Positions 45,541 to 58,014 of a stretch of 64,000 nt of DNA are shown piece by piece. The stretch's first letter is position 1. Each line of letters opens with the position of its first letter. The stretch covers positions 124,001 to 188,000 of the forward strand of contig NIVC01000404.1 in assembly GCA_002269645.1 (NCBI GenBank), written 5' to 3'. The DNA is from Macrostomum lignano. Lineage: Eukaryota. The notes below the pieces were generated by a model that was given only the letters and a program-made list of their open reading frames with translations, was not told where the DNA came from and searched no databases. Both the position numbers and the translations under genes were made by a program.

Positions 45541-45724
45541 CGGAAATCAAAATAGGTTTTTTGTTTTGTTTTCAAGAAGAATAACACAAGATATGTTTTA
45601 GGTATTTTAAGTATTTTGTAAATGTATGTGAAATAAGTGTAATATTCTGTGCGTTCTGCTTGATAGTTAATTTTTTTCAGCTTTTTCAGTTTTTCTTTCA
45701 TTTTTTCATCCTCTTTTTCTTAAG

Positions 45725-46735
45725 TTTATCCCCTTCCTCTCTGAAGTTTATCCTCTTTCTCCCTGAAGTTTATCTTCTCCCTCTGAAGTTTATCCTCTTT
45801 CTCCCTGTTGTTTATCGCCTCCCTCTCTGAAGCTTATCTTCTCCGTCTCTGAAGTTTATCCCCTCCCTCTCTGAAGTTTATACTCTTTCTCCTTGAAGTT
45901 TATCCTCTCCCTCTCTGAAGCTTATCTTCTCCCCTCTAAAGCTTATCCTCTTTCTCCCTGAAGTTTATCCTCTCCCTCTCTGAAGTTTATCTTCTCCCTC
46001 TAAAGCTTATCCTCTTTCTCCCTGAAGTTTATCCTCTCCCTCTCTGAAGCTTATCTTCTCCCCTCTAAAGCTTATCCTCTTTCTCCCTGAAGTTTATCCT
46101 CTCCCTCTCTGAAGTTTATCTTCTCCCTCTAAAGCTTATCCTCTTTCTCCCTGAAGTTTATCTTCTCCCTCTCTGAAGCTTATCGTCTTTCTCCCTGGAG
46201 TTTATCCCCTCCCTGAAGTTTATCCCCTCCCTGAAGTTTATCCCCTCCCTCTGAAGTTTATCCCCTCCCTCTCTAAAGTTTATATTCTCCCTCTGAAGTT
46301 TATCCTCTCCCTCCCTGAAGTTTATCCTCTCTCCCTCTCTGAAGCTTATCGTCTTTCTCCCTGAAGTTTATCCCCTCCCACTCTAGAGTTGATCTTCTCC
46401 TTCTGAAGTTTATCCTCTCCCTCCCTGAAGTTTAACTTCTCCCTATGAAGTTTATCCTCTTTCTCCCTGTAGTTTATCCCCTCCCTCCATGAAGTTTATC
46501 CTCTCTCCGAAGTTTATCCTCTTTCTCCATGTAGTTTATCCCCTCCTCCTCTGAAGTTTATCCTCTCCCTCCCTGAAGTTTATCCTCTCCCTCTCTGAAG
46601 TTTATCCTCTCTCTCTGAAGTTTATCCTCTTTCTCCCTGTAGTTTATCCCCTCCTCCTCTGAAGTTTATTCTCCCCGTTTCTAAGGTCTATCCTCTTCTT
46701 CCATGAAGTTTATCATCTTCCATTCTGAAGTTTTT
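45725..46735. repeat. Pyrimidine-rich ~20-25-bp degenerate minisatellite (CTGAAGTTTATCCTCT...)
   Basis: Visible recurrence of GAAGTTTATC. Confidence 0.93.
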
Positions 46736-47532
46736 TATCTTTCTATAGCGTCGCTTTGACCTTCTCAGATCTTTAAAGCTTTGTGTTTCTAAAGTTTGAT
46801 CAACGAAGAAAAGCTACAGAAGCTTTGTAGTTAAATTCTGCAACGATTTTTGTTTCATATAATATTTACCTGAATGTTAATTGTTGTGTTAATTCTGTTT
46901 CAACCTCGGATGTGACTATCAAGAAAGTCTACCTGTGTTATGTTACAGTATCGACAAGTGTTTTTACAGTCAGTTCTCTAATATGCAAACCATATTTTTC
47001 CATAGTTATTTTTCATACAAAGCTTAGCTTTGCTGTTTATCTATCAATCAATCAATCAAGTTATCATCTATTTTATTGATCTGTTGATTCAGTGTCGATT
47101 TATGCATCATTTAATAATTACATCACCTATAATGCTTGTATTATTGTATATAATATCTAATAAATCATTTAGTGTTATCAATGGCATTTTTCACTGCTCC
47201 ATTCTGTGCACTTAGCGACCACTTTTGCAGTTTTTTTCTACTGCTAATAGTATACTAACATAATTATTATTACTAATAACTTGATTCTAATATAATATTT
47301 TTATATAAGATTATTATTCATATTTATAGCTGTCACACTTAGAGAACGCGTCTGTTGTGAAAGTTGCTCTCTTATTTTTCTTCAACCTGGTTTTACAGCA
47401 GCGCAATTTTTTTGTGAAGCTTATAATATTAATATTGATATAACATAACTATGTAGTTATATGTGCATTATTACTGTGTCTTTCTTCTTATGTCTACTTT
47501 TGGGGTTTACAGTTTTAAGGAGAAGTATTGTC

Positions 47533-47606
47533 AGTCTGTGCCTGTGTCCGTCAGTCTGTCCGTCTGTCTGTCCGTCAGTCTGTCTGTCCGTCTGTCTGTC
47601 CGTCCA

Positions 47607-47647
<41 letters not shown>

Positions 47648-47649
47648 GC

Positions 47650-47690
<41 letters not shown>

Positions 47691-47808
47691 GTTCTGTCTG
47701 TCTGTCTGTCTGTCTCTCTGTCTGTGTCTGTATGTCTGTGTCTGTCTGTCTGTATGTCTGTCTGTCTTTCTGTCTGTCTGTCTGTCTGTCTGTCTATCCG
47801 TCTGTCTC
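47533..47808. repeat. (TGTC)n microsatellite
   Basis: Directly visible. Confidence 0.96.
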
Positions 47809-48389
47809 ATTCAATTTTAGAGTCTAGAAGATTCATTGTCAAACAGTTTTATGACGCAGAGAAGTGTTTAAATTGCTATTAGTTACATGAAAGTCTGCCT
47901 GTAATTTAGGCTCCGTAATTTAGCTGTCCGCATGTGTGCGAGCGAGTTGAACTAGTAAATTCTGTGGATGGATGATGGAAGAGAGAAAGTAAAGACAGGT
48001 CTCTATTTTTTAAGCGTCTCTAAGAGTAGCTCGTTGGGGTTGGGTGCCAGTAGTAAAAAGAGAATTTTGCACGGCTCTTAGTGCCAACTTTCATCTGGAG
48101 AGGGGAGTGGAAAGTCTTGGACGAACTTGGCCAAGAGGAAGCTTAATATATACCTATTTGTCTATTTGCAATTCAGCAAATCCTTACTTGGCAAGTGTAT
48201 GAAATTGTGTCTCTTCTCAAGATAGGAAACTTGGGGAAGCTCAAGCGAAGATTATATCGATCGTTTTTTGCCTGTCTTCTTGAGGGCATCGAAAAAATGA
48301 AAACTGTTTCTAATTCGAGGGTGCTAGGCCTGGGAGTAAGCTACTTTATAAGTTTTTTTCTTAGCAACTGCATAGCAACGGGATAATTT

Positions 48390-48700
48390 TGCATAGCCTC
48401 TACTGGATTTACCATAGCAACGGGAGTATTTTACATAGCAACTCGGTGCTTTATCATAGCAACTGAAGTATTTTGCATAGCAACCAGATTATTTACCATA
48501 GCAACGGGAGTAATTTGCCATAGCAACGGGAGTAATTTACATAGCAACTCGGTGCTTGATCATAGCAACTTAAGTATTTTGCATAGCAACCAGATTATTT
48601 ACCATAGCAACGGGAGGAATTTACATAGCGGTATGATTTACCATAGCAACAGGGGCAATTTACATAGCCACTGGATGATATACCATAGCAACCGTTCCGA
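48390..48700. repeat. ~22-bp tandem array built on CATAGCAAC (resembles an RFX X-box), upstream of NCOA5
   Basis: About a dozen CATAGCAAC cores, several as TTTACCATAGCAAC; further dispersed WAGCAAC motifs to ~48800. Confidence 0.85.
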
Positions 48701-49011
48701 AATTAAGAGATAATCCTGCTTAGCGACCTATGGATTTTAGCTTGGCAACAGTGGAAAAAAATCAACATAGCAACAAAAGCAAGCCACCTAGCAACGAAAG
48801 GATTTAACTTAGCAAGCGGGCAACATTGTATAGAAGCAAATCAGACAGCAATAGATCGCTGTTGCTTCCGCTAATCATTTCTATGTTTCATTATTATTAT
48901 GTGTGCAAACATTTTTCCAGCAAGTAAAGAACACAAACTGAATACTAAAAATACAGACTAATATTTTTATTCCTAAAGTGTAGAGTTTGAGCCAAAACAA
49001 GGTCAATTTTA

Positions 49012-51127
49012 ATGGCTACAAACCAGAAGCAGCAACAGCAGGAACAGCAGCAGGCTCTGCAACAGCCGGGGTCGCAATCGCAATCTCAGAACGGCGGCCG
49101 CGGCGCTACCGGTAGAAGCGGCAGCGGCAGCTACAGCAGAAGTCGCGACAGAAGTCGCAGCCCGCCGCCTCGGCGTCCAGGCAGTCGAGATCGGGATCGA
49201 GACAGGGATAGGGATAGAGACAGGGACCGGGATAGAGGCAGAGACAGAGATCGAGAGAGGTCTCGAGACAGCAGAGATCGAGATCGTGACAGGGACAGAG
49301 GAGGCAGACGCGGCCCTTCGTTTAATCGCGACCGAGACCGGGACGAGAGAAGCAGCGTCGGTGCAGCTCAGGCGATCGGCTCATCCATGGTGCCACCGAG
49401 TTTCCCTCAGCAGCAGCAGCAGCAACCTGCACCAGAATCGACGCCTCATCAATCCAATCAGAGTCAGCATCAGGTGCCTTTGCAGCGTCATCCGCCGTTG
49501 CATCCAACTGAGCGAGCATATGACGCTGCCGTAATCGCCTCGTCAACTGAAGTTCGGTAGGTTTTTGTATAATTCTACTATGAGCCTGTCTTCAAGGTCC
49601 TAATTATTGTCTAGATGTGTTTTAATTAGGTCCTGGTTTTAAATGGTTTTAAAAGGACCTGTCTAATAGTATAAAAATGCGTTTTATGATGTAGAATCTG
49701 TGTTTATGTCCTTGACAGTAGAATTGTGTCTTAATGTGTCCTTGACAGTGAAAATGTGTCTCAAAGTGTCCTTGACAGTAGAATTGTGTCTTAATGTGTC
49801 CTTGACAGTGAAAATGTGTCTCAAAGTGTCCTTGACAGTAGAATTGTGTCTTAATGTGTCCTTGACAGTAGAATTGTGTCTTAATGTGTCCTTGACAGTA
49901 GAATTGTGTCTTAATGTGTCCTTGACGGTAGAAACGTGCCTTAATCTGTCCTTGACAGTAGAATTGTGTCTTAATGTGTCCTTGACGGTAGAAACGTGCC
50001 TTAATGTGTCCTTGACAGTAGAATTGTGTCTTAATGTGTCCTTGACGGTAGAAACGTGCCTTAATGTGTCCTTGACAGTAGAAATGTGTCTCAATGTGTC
50101 CTTGACAGTAGAATTGTGTCTCAGTGTGTCCTTGACAGTAGAATTGTGTCTCACTGTGTCCTTGACGGTGGAAATGTGTCTCAATGTGTCCTTGACAATA
50201 GAATTGTGTCTCAGTGTGTCCTTGACAGTAGAATTGTGTCTCAATGTGTCCTTGACAGTGGAAATGTGTCTCACTGTGTCCTTGACGGTGGAAATGTGTC
50301 TCAATGTGTCCTTGACAATAGAATTGTGTCTCAGTGTGTCCTTGACAATAGAATTGTGTCTCAGTGTGTCCTTGACAGTAGAATTGTGTCTCACTGTGTC
50401 CTTGATGGTGGAAATGTGTCTCAATATGTCCTTGACAATAGAATTGTGTCTCAGTGTGTCCTTGACAGTAGAATTGTGTCTCAATGTGTCCTTGACAGTG
50501 GAAATGTGTCTCACTGTGTCCTTGACGGTGGAAATGTGTCTCAATGTGTCCTTGACAATAGAATTGTGTCTCAGTGTGTCCTTGACAGTAGAATTGTGTC
50601 TCAATGTGTCCTTGACAGTAGAATTGTGTCTCACTAGATTGTATAAATGTATCCTCAACAATAGAATTGTGTCTCAATAGATTGCAGGAATGTGTCCTTG
50701 ACAGTAAACATTTGTGGACTGGGATCTAAGAGTGGAATGTCTTATAGTAGATTTTATACATGATACTGTTTCTTGAGTAGATACGAGCGTTGTCTTTCAT
50801 AGCTCTTCACGACTGCCATGTAGGAGAATATGATGGATGTTTGATTTCAATTTTCAATTTTCAGACAGTAAAATACTTAATAGTACATCTGTAATGTAGT
50901 ATACACATTGTGGGATATTTCTCAGTCAGTATTTATCAACCCCTCCCCGTTCTCTTTAATCCTGATAAGATGTCTTGCATTTTAATTACAGTTGGCCAAA
51001 TTTTTAAGTTCACGGAGCTGAATTGGAAGCCATCAGCATTTTGATCGTTTGAATTGCAATCATGGTAGACTTATAAGTACTCGTATATATATGTAGTGGC
51101 TAAATCTACATTCTACATTTCACTAGA

Positions 51128-51190
<63 letters not shown>

Positions 51191-54125
51191 GGGAATGTAG
51201 CCCTGCTTTGGTGTGTGGGCGGGTGTGTTGACATGCGTATACGAGTAGCCCTTAGACGAGGGAACATAACATGCATGCGCACGCGCAATTGCAATGATTA
51301 ATAAGATGTTTTATAACTGGTTACACTTAGCTTCTGATATATGATTTATTATATGAAAAACTAAAAAAAACATTTTTGTAATTTCATCCTAGTTGGATGA
51401 CAATTTTCATTAGCCTGTAAAACGAGTTTTTCTAATTATTCGAGTTGGTTATTAAAATACCTTAACGTGATAGACAGCTTCTTTATTGCATTATGTCTGT
51501 GCAACTCTTATTGTGTAGGCAATAGTTGTCACGAAATATACAAAAAAGTAGAAGTGCAGAAAGAACTACCTGAGTTTTGATTTCGTGACAATTTCCACCG
51601 ATGCGTTAATTACTTTTTCTCTCTTACCTAAATGAGAAAAAGTATTACTGCTAAAATAAAAATCAATTTTCTTGCTGCTTGCGTGACAATCATTCTGCAT
51701 CAATGTGTCGTTTTACATACATATCGTATAACTATACATATCGGCAGTCTGTTTAGTTTAATTATAGCAGGCACACACTCCGGAGTGTACAGCGGCCCGA
51801 ACTTTATTGATCGTTAGGCATGTACACTTCACACTGTGCCTTGGGGGTTGGCCCTCAAAGGCGATAATTTGCCAAGCCAAGCCGAGATTCCAATTTCGCC
51901 CCAAATAATGTGACTGCACTTGGCATCGAGCCTGGGCAGCTGGTACATTTTAAAGTGCCGCGCCAGACCACTGCTTCCCTTACAGCTTACAGCTTCTCCC
52001 GAGCTAGACGCGTTACCTCAGTGCTAGTATGCCACCTCCAGCTGACCCTTGAAACTATTTTAATACGTGTAAATGATGCGATACTACGACAGTTTTCATT
52101 TAACACCACGCCACAGGCCCTATGCTGAAAGTGTCGAACGTCGGTTAAACCGGCTCTCCCTGAGCACTAATCTAATCGTGCTCAAACACGAATCGCTAAT
52201 GCCGTTGGCTATGGAAGATCTGGCCAGGACTGGCGTGCTCTACGCTGTGATTTTGAATCGGCAGAACGAGTTGCACCAATCGTGTACTGTTAGAATCTTC
52301 TATGGCCAGCAGCCCTTTGGTGAGTTTAGAGATGGGTCTGACTAGTAGTAGTCCAATTGAGACGTAAAGAGAGAATTAGGAGATAAAGAGAAAAAGACAG
52401 AGAGTTAAGCAAAGACAGGTAGAGAGCGGGAAGAGACAGGTAGACAGCGGAAAGAGACAGGTAGACAGCGGAAAGAGACAGGTAGACAGCGGAAAGAGAC
52501 AGGTAGACAGCGAAAGAGACAGGTAGACAGCGGAAAAGAGACAGGTAGACAGCGAAAGAGACAGGTAGACAGCGGAAAAGAGACAGGTAGACAGCGGAAA
52601 AGAGACAGGTAGACAACGGAAAAGAGACAAGCAGACAGCGGCAAGAGACAGACAGACAGCGGGAAGAGCCAGAGAGTCCCGACATCGAGCTGCCATCTCG
52701 AAGACTCGCCACCCCCCCCCCTCGCAGAGCACCGCAACATGCCCATAGACGACGCCCAGTCCATGCTGGGCCGTCATTTCGAGACGGTGCTTCGCGACCT
52801 TCGCGAGCTGCCGCCTCCGGCTTCGGTGGCGGCGCCAACCGGCAACGAGCGGCTGCCGGCGGGTTTCGTGCGGCCGACGCCTCGGCTGATGCACCTGCTG
52901 CACCTGCTGGCCGATCATCGGATGCTCAGCGGCCGGGAGCTGGACGAGCTGGCCGAGTTCATTTCGGCCAGGCGGGAGCGGCTGGCGGCTGGTGCCGGCT
53001 CCGTGCAGGATAGGAGCTGTGAGTTGGGTGCTCAGCTCACCGGCATGGGCTGCTCACGAAGGTTAATGAGCTGCCCGTTTAAGCAGCTTTTGAACTTCAC
53101 AAATCAAATCCGCCATCCCCTTGAGCATGGCCTCAAATCCGCCTTCCCCTTGAGCATGGTCTCAAATCCGCCATCCCCTTGAGCATGGCCTCAAATCCGC
53201 CATCCCCTTGAGCATGGTCTCAAATCCGCCATCCCCTTGAGCATGGCCTCAAATCCGCCATCCCCTTGAGCATGGTCTCAAATCCGCCATCCCCTTGAGC
53301 ATGGCCTCAAATCCGCCATCCCCTTGAGCATGGTCTCAAATCCGCCATCCCCTTGAGCATGGCCTCAAATCCGCCATCCCCTTGAGCATTGTCTCAAATC
53401 CGCCATCAACTTAAGCATGGTCTCAAATTCGTTTCCCACACTCCATTCCAGACTCCAGCCATCATCAATCGGGTGCCCCAGTCTCCGTTGCGTCAAACCA
53501 ATCCATCGGCCAGCTTCCTCAAAATCCACCGCAGCATCATCAGCAGCAGCCGGCTCAGCATCCTCCCATAATGATGCAGCAGCATAATCGTTCCAATCCC
53601 AATATTCCGCCTCATCAAAGCCAGCAGCCTCAGCATCCCCAGCATCTACAGCAGGCTCAGCATCATCAGCAGCCTAAGCAACCTCAGAATCCTCACCAGC
53701 AGGCGCCTCAGAGAACGCCGGAGCAGCAGAAGCAGCCGGCAGCCCCAGCAGCCAGCATTCTGCAGCAGCAAGCCGACTTGCAGGCAAAAATTCTCAGCTT
53801 ATTGAATCCGGCAGCGGCTGGTGCGGTTGGCCAGCAGCCTCAGCCTCATCAGTCCAAGCAGCAGCCTCCCCAGCCAAATATTGGCCAGATTCAGAAGGCT
53901 CTCGACTCGCTCTTCGGCGGCAGCGGGGGTGGCGGAAGTGGCGCAGGTGCGGGAGGTGCCGGAGGTGGCGGCGGTCCGTCTCTGCCTCCGCTGCCCACTT
54001 TGCCAGCCCAGCAGCAGCCGCAGCCTCAGCCGCAGTCCCGCCAGCCCAGCGGCGCGGACCCCAGACTGGCTCGGTACGGCGGCTTTCCACGCGGTGGCGG
54101 CAGCGGCGGTCACGAAAACTGGTGA
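49012..54125 (+). CDS. NCOA5: Nuclear receptor coactivator 5. Exons 49012-49556, 52117-52319, 52728-53018, 53452-54125; 570 aa
   Basis: RD-repeat N-terminus; YAESVERRL...LAMEDLAR...HQSCTVRIFYG...EHRNMP; LLHLLADHRMLS..ELD; DLQAKILSLLN; IQKALDSLF, all collinear with human NCOA5. Intron phases 2, 1, 1 are compatible and the exon total of 1713 nt is divisible by 3. Confidence 0.93.
49705..50705. repeat. 30-bp minisatellite in NCOA5 intron 1
   Basis: Unit CCTTGACAGTAGAATTGTGTCTCAATGTGT. Confidence 0.97.
51129..51186. repeat. (GA)n microsatellite
   Basis: Directly visible. Confidence 0.97.
51767..51985 (-). mobile_element. SINE copy, same family as 3596-3822
   Basis: Reverse complement shares CCAGGCTCGATxCCAAGTGCAGTCACATTA, AATTGGAATCTCGGCTTGGCT, GCCAACCxCCAAGGCxCAGT, GAAGTGTACATGCCTAACGAT and GGGCCGCTGTACACTCC with the first copy. 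Confidence 0.85.
52410..52660. repeat. 21-22-bp minisatellite in NCOA5 intron 2
   Basis: Unit GAGACAGGTAGACAGCGGAAA. Confidence 0.93.
53100..53430. repeat. 29-bp minisatellite in NCOA5 intron 3
   Basis: Unit CAAATCCGCCATCCCCTTGAGCATGGTCT. Confidence 0.95.
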
Positions 54126-54182
54126 TCTTGTGCGGTGCACTGTGGGACTGCTGTGGTCCAGTTTCTGTGAGATATTGGCTGG

Positions 54183-54880
54183 TAGATCATCTGATAGATG
54201 TGTGACCAGATTGTGGATCATCTGATAGATGTGTGACCAGATTGTGGATCATCTGATAGATCTGTGACCAGATTGTGGATAGTCTGATAGATCTGTGACC
54301 AGATTGTGGATCATCTGATAGATCTGTCACCAGATTGTGGATAATCTGATAGATGTGTGACCAGATTGTGGATAATCTGATAGATGTGTGACCAGATTGT
54401 GGATAGTCTGATAGATCTGTGACCAGATTGTGGATCATCTGATAGATCTGTCTCCAGATTGTGGATAATCTTATAGATCTGTGACCAGATTGAGGATAAT
54501 CTGATAGATCTATGACCAGATTGTGGATAATCTGATAGATCTGTGGCCAGATTGTGGATCATCTGATAGATCTGTGACCAGATTGTGGATAGTCTGATAG
54601 ATCTATGACCAGATTGTGGATCATCTGATAGATCTGTGACCAGATTGTGGATAATCTGATAGATCTTTGACCAGATTGTGGATCATTTGATAGATCTTTG
54701 ACCAGATTGTGGATCATCTGATAGATCTATGACCACATTGTGGATCATCTGATAGATCTATGACCAGATTGTGGATCATCTGATAGATCTATGACCAGAT
54801 TATGGATCATCTGATAGATCTATGACCAGATTGTGGATAATCTGATAGATCTATGACCAGATTGTGAATAATCTGATAGA
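54183..54880. repeat. 31-bp minisatellite 3' of NCOA5
   Basis: Unit GATAGATCTGTGACCAGATTGTGGATCATCT. Confidence 0.96.
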
Positions 54881-55577
54881 CTAATCTTAGCCTCAGAAAC
54901 CCTAATATTCACGTCACTCAGTCCCGAATGCTTAATAAAGATTCAATGCATTTTAAAAGCTCATAAGTCATTAAATATTTCAAGCACATATTCCTGTATC
55001 TGCAGCTTAACCCATCAGCCACAAATGCTGTTATGAATTTTGTAAGCCAGTCAAAGTTATCATCTATAAGTACATTATGTACTTTGTCACTGTTTTGTTA
55101 TTAACAGTAGCGACTTGTCAATAAGAGGCTTGAATAATCGACCTTCATTTGTCCTCAATATGCATGTCTGTTGTTGAATACCCCAGTCCCTTTGCATTAG
55201 TTTAAGTTTTAATATTGATACTGTTCTCATCATTTAGTCTCCGAATGTACTTTAATCTGCGGTAGGTTTCTAAGCTGGTGTGTCACTTCCCTACTACTGT
55301 TAGTAGTCAGTAGCGTTTTCCTTATTGTAATTTTCATGCATTCTGTCAAAAGCTGAGCAATACCAGTGCATGATTTCTGTTGCCTGTCAATTATAGCCAA
55401 TCGGCCATCGCTTTGCTGCAGTGTCGGTGAGTCTGAATACAAATTGGCATGCGAGCTGTGCCTGCATCTGGTCAGCAACTGCAGCTTGTAGGCAGATTTT
55501 TCCCTGCTTCAGTGCGACTGTGAAACTGAAGCCTTGAGTGTTCAATTTATTTGATAATTGTTAGCATGATTAGTGTC

Positions 55578-55966
55578 AGTCAGTGCCATATTTAGGTGTC
55601 AATCAGTGCGATATTCAGGTGCCATATTCAGGGGTCAATCAGTGCCATATTCAGGTGTCAATTAGTGCCATATTCAGGTGTCAATCAGTGCCATATTCAG
55701 GTGTCAATCAGTGCCATATTCAGTTGTCAATCAGTGCCATATTCAGGTGTCAATCAGTGCCATATTCAGGTGTCAATCAGTGCCATATTCAGTTGTCAAT
55801 CAGTGCCATATTCAGGTGTCAATCAGTGCCATATTTAGGTGTCAATCAGTGCCATATTCAGGTGTCAATCAGTGCCATATTCAGGTGTCAATCAGTGCCA
55901 TATTCAGGTGTCAATCAGTGCCATATTCAGGTGTCAATCAGTGCCATATTCAGGTATCAATCAGTC
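55578..55966. repeat. 23-bp minisatellite immediately upstream of GLO1
   Basis: Unit TCAGTGCCATATTCAGGTGTCAA. Confidence 0.96.
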
Positions 55967-56033
55967 ACATTCAGCACTCCAATCCCAACCCCAATCCCCC
56001 ACCTGGCAACCAGCTGTCACCTGTCAATCAATC

Positions 56034-56982
56034 ATGGCCCTATCAAAATCCGAGCTCGCCGCTCTGTGCAAGCCGCCACCGCCTGAGACCAGCGGCTTCA
56101 TCATGCAGCAGACGATGCTGCGAGTCAAGGACCCTCGCCGGTCGCTGGACTTTTATTCCTCAGTGCTGGGGATGCGGCTGCTCGGCAAGTTCGACTTCCC
56201 CAGCATGGCGTTCTCGCTGTACTTCATGGGCTACGCTGAGGAGGCCAGCATTCCTAAGGGCGACACGGAGCGCATCGCCTACCTGTTCAGGCTGCCGGGG
56301 ACTGTGGAGCTGACCCACAACTATGGGACAGAGTCTGACCCTGACCAGGTGTGTGTTCATGGACTGCTGAGTCCCAGTGTCTGGACTGCTGAATCCCATT
56401 GCCATCCCACACCAGTCCCATTGCCATCCCACACCCATCCCATTGCCATCCCACACCAATCCCATTGCCATCCCACACCAATCCCATTGCCATCCCACAC
56501 CAATCCCATTGCCATCCCACACCAATCCCATTGCCATCCCACACCAATCCCATTGCCATCCCACACCAGTCCCATTGCCATCCCACACCAGTCCCATTGC
56601 CATCCCACACCAATCCCATTGCCATCCCACACCAATCCCACTGCCATCCCACACCAGTCCCATTGCCATCCCACACCAACCCCATTGCCATCCCACACCA
56701 ATCCCACTGCCATCCCACACCAATCCCATTGCCATCCCACACCAATCCCATTGCCAGGCCTACCACAACGGCAACTCGGACCCCCGCGGCTTCGGCCACA
56801 TCGGCATCAGCGTCCCGGATGTCGCCGAGGCCTGCAGGCGTTTCGACCGACTCGGCGTGAAGTTCGCCAAGAAGCCGGACGACGGCAAGATGAAGGGCCT
56901 CGCCTTCATTCTGGACCCTGACGGCTACTGGATTGAAATCCTCAATGCCGGCAGGATGGTGGAGATCGCCAAGGTGGACTGA
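56034..56982 (+). CDS. GLO1: Lactoylglutathione lyase (glyoxalase I). Exons 56034-56348 and 56758-56982; 179 aa
   Basis: [20 protein letters not shown]; FSLYFMGY; [12 protein letters not shown]|[22 protein letters not shown]; [24 protein letters not shown]. Metal ligands Q, E, H, E are present. Phase-0 GT-AG intron. Confidence 0.97.
56392..56756. repeat. 22-bp minisatellite filling the GLO1 intron
   Basis: Unit ATCCCATTGCCATCCCACACCA. Confidence 0.96.
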
Positions 56983-57384
56983 CAAGGATGCTCAGCTTCA
57001 GCTCATAAATCTGACCGAACAGCCCACAGCAGCAGTGACTGCAGCCGTCAATCCTCCTCTCTGCTCTTCTGTGCTGCACCGCCCTTTGTGCCGTCAACTG
57101 TTAGCAAACTCTGATGTACCGCACTGCACCAAATCAGTGACTGTCTTTGCCTTAAAACTGATCATTTTATACCTGCCTTTCTGCAGTTCACCTTCAAGTT
57201 GTTGCTGACAAAGGCGAACTTTAATCTGAATTCCGAATAATTAAAATATATTCAGTTCATCCCAATGAGAAATATTTTACTAATAAATCTGATTGCTCAA
57301 ATATTGTCAATCATAAAAAAAAAAGTTGTTTTCACAACTCAGTTTTGACTCTGAAGCCAATTGGAAATAATTCTGGGCAGATGG

Positions 57385-57630
57385 AGACTGTGTGTTAATG
57401 GAGCTGATGAAACACTGGGTGTTGATGGAGCTGATGAGAGACTGGGTGTTGATGGAGCTAATGAGAGACTGGGTGTTGATGGAGCTGATGAAACACTGGG
57501 TGTTGATGGAGCTGATGAAACACTGGGTGTTGATGGAGCTGATGAAACACTGGGTGTTGATGGAGCTGATGAGAGACTGGGTGTTGATGGAGCTGATGAG
57601 AGACTGGGTGTTGATGGAGCTAATGAGAGA
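57385..57630. repeat. 27-bp minisatellite
   Basis: Unit GGGTGTTGATGGAGCTGATGAAACACT. Confidence 0.95.
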
Positions 57631-58014
57631 AACTGGGAGGCTTTATGCGCTGGACAACCTTTCCAGATCCTTATCACAGATCCCCATGCTAGAATTCCAT
57701 CATAGACCCTATCCCAGATTCCTTTGATTAGATCTCCTACTCCAGTTTAAGGCATTATTTTCTACTTTCCAAAGCACTCATATTTTAACAACAATTTCCC
57801 AGCTAAAAATACCTGTGCCCATGCACACAGCAGTGACCCATTGAGGAAAATGCAACACAGAAGCGAGCGCTGAGTCTGCAGCGAGTGAGGAGAATTAAAG
57901 CAAACTGCATGCCATTTTTGCAGAAATTCAATTCAAAGTCAAGTCCCATTGCTGGTGCTGAAACTTCTAGAAATAGAAAAACATTGAGAGAAGTTATGAG
58001 GACTACGAGGTAAG

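Noticed and set aside
49705-50705. CRISPR-like appearance of the 24-48-bp arrays
   Set aside because: Units are head-to-tail with no unique spacers, there are no cas genes, and the context is eukaryotic and intronic.
55230-55478. 82-aa minus-strand ORF, possible retroelement relic
   Set aside because: No diagnostic RT, endonuclease or zinc-knuckle motif could be confirmed.
56349-56921. Read-through of the GLO1 intron giving a His/Pro-rich protein
   Set aside because: The canonical phase-0 splice restores a normal 179-aa glyoxalase I; read-through shifts the catalytic C-terminal half out of frame.
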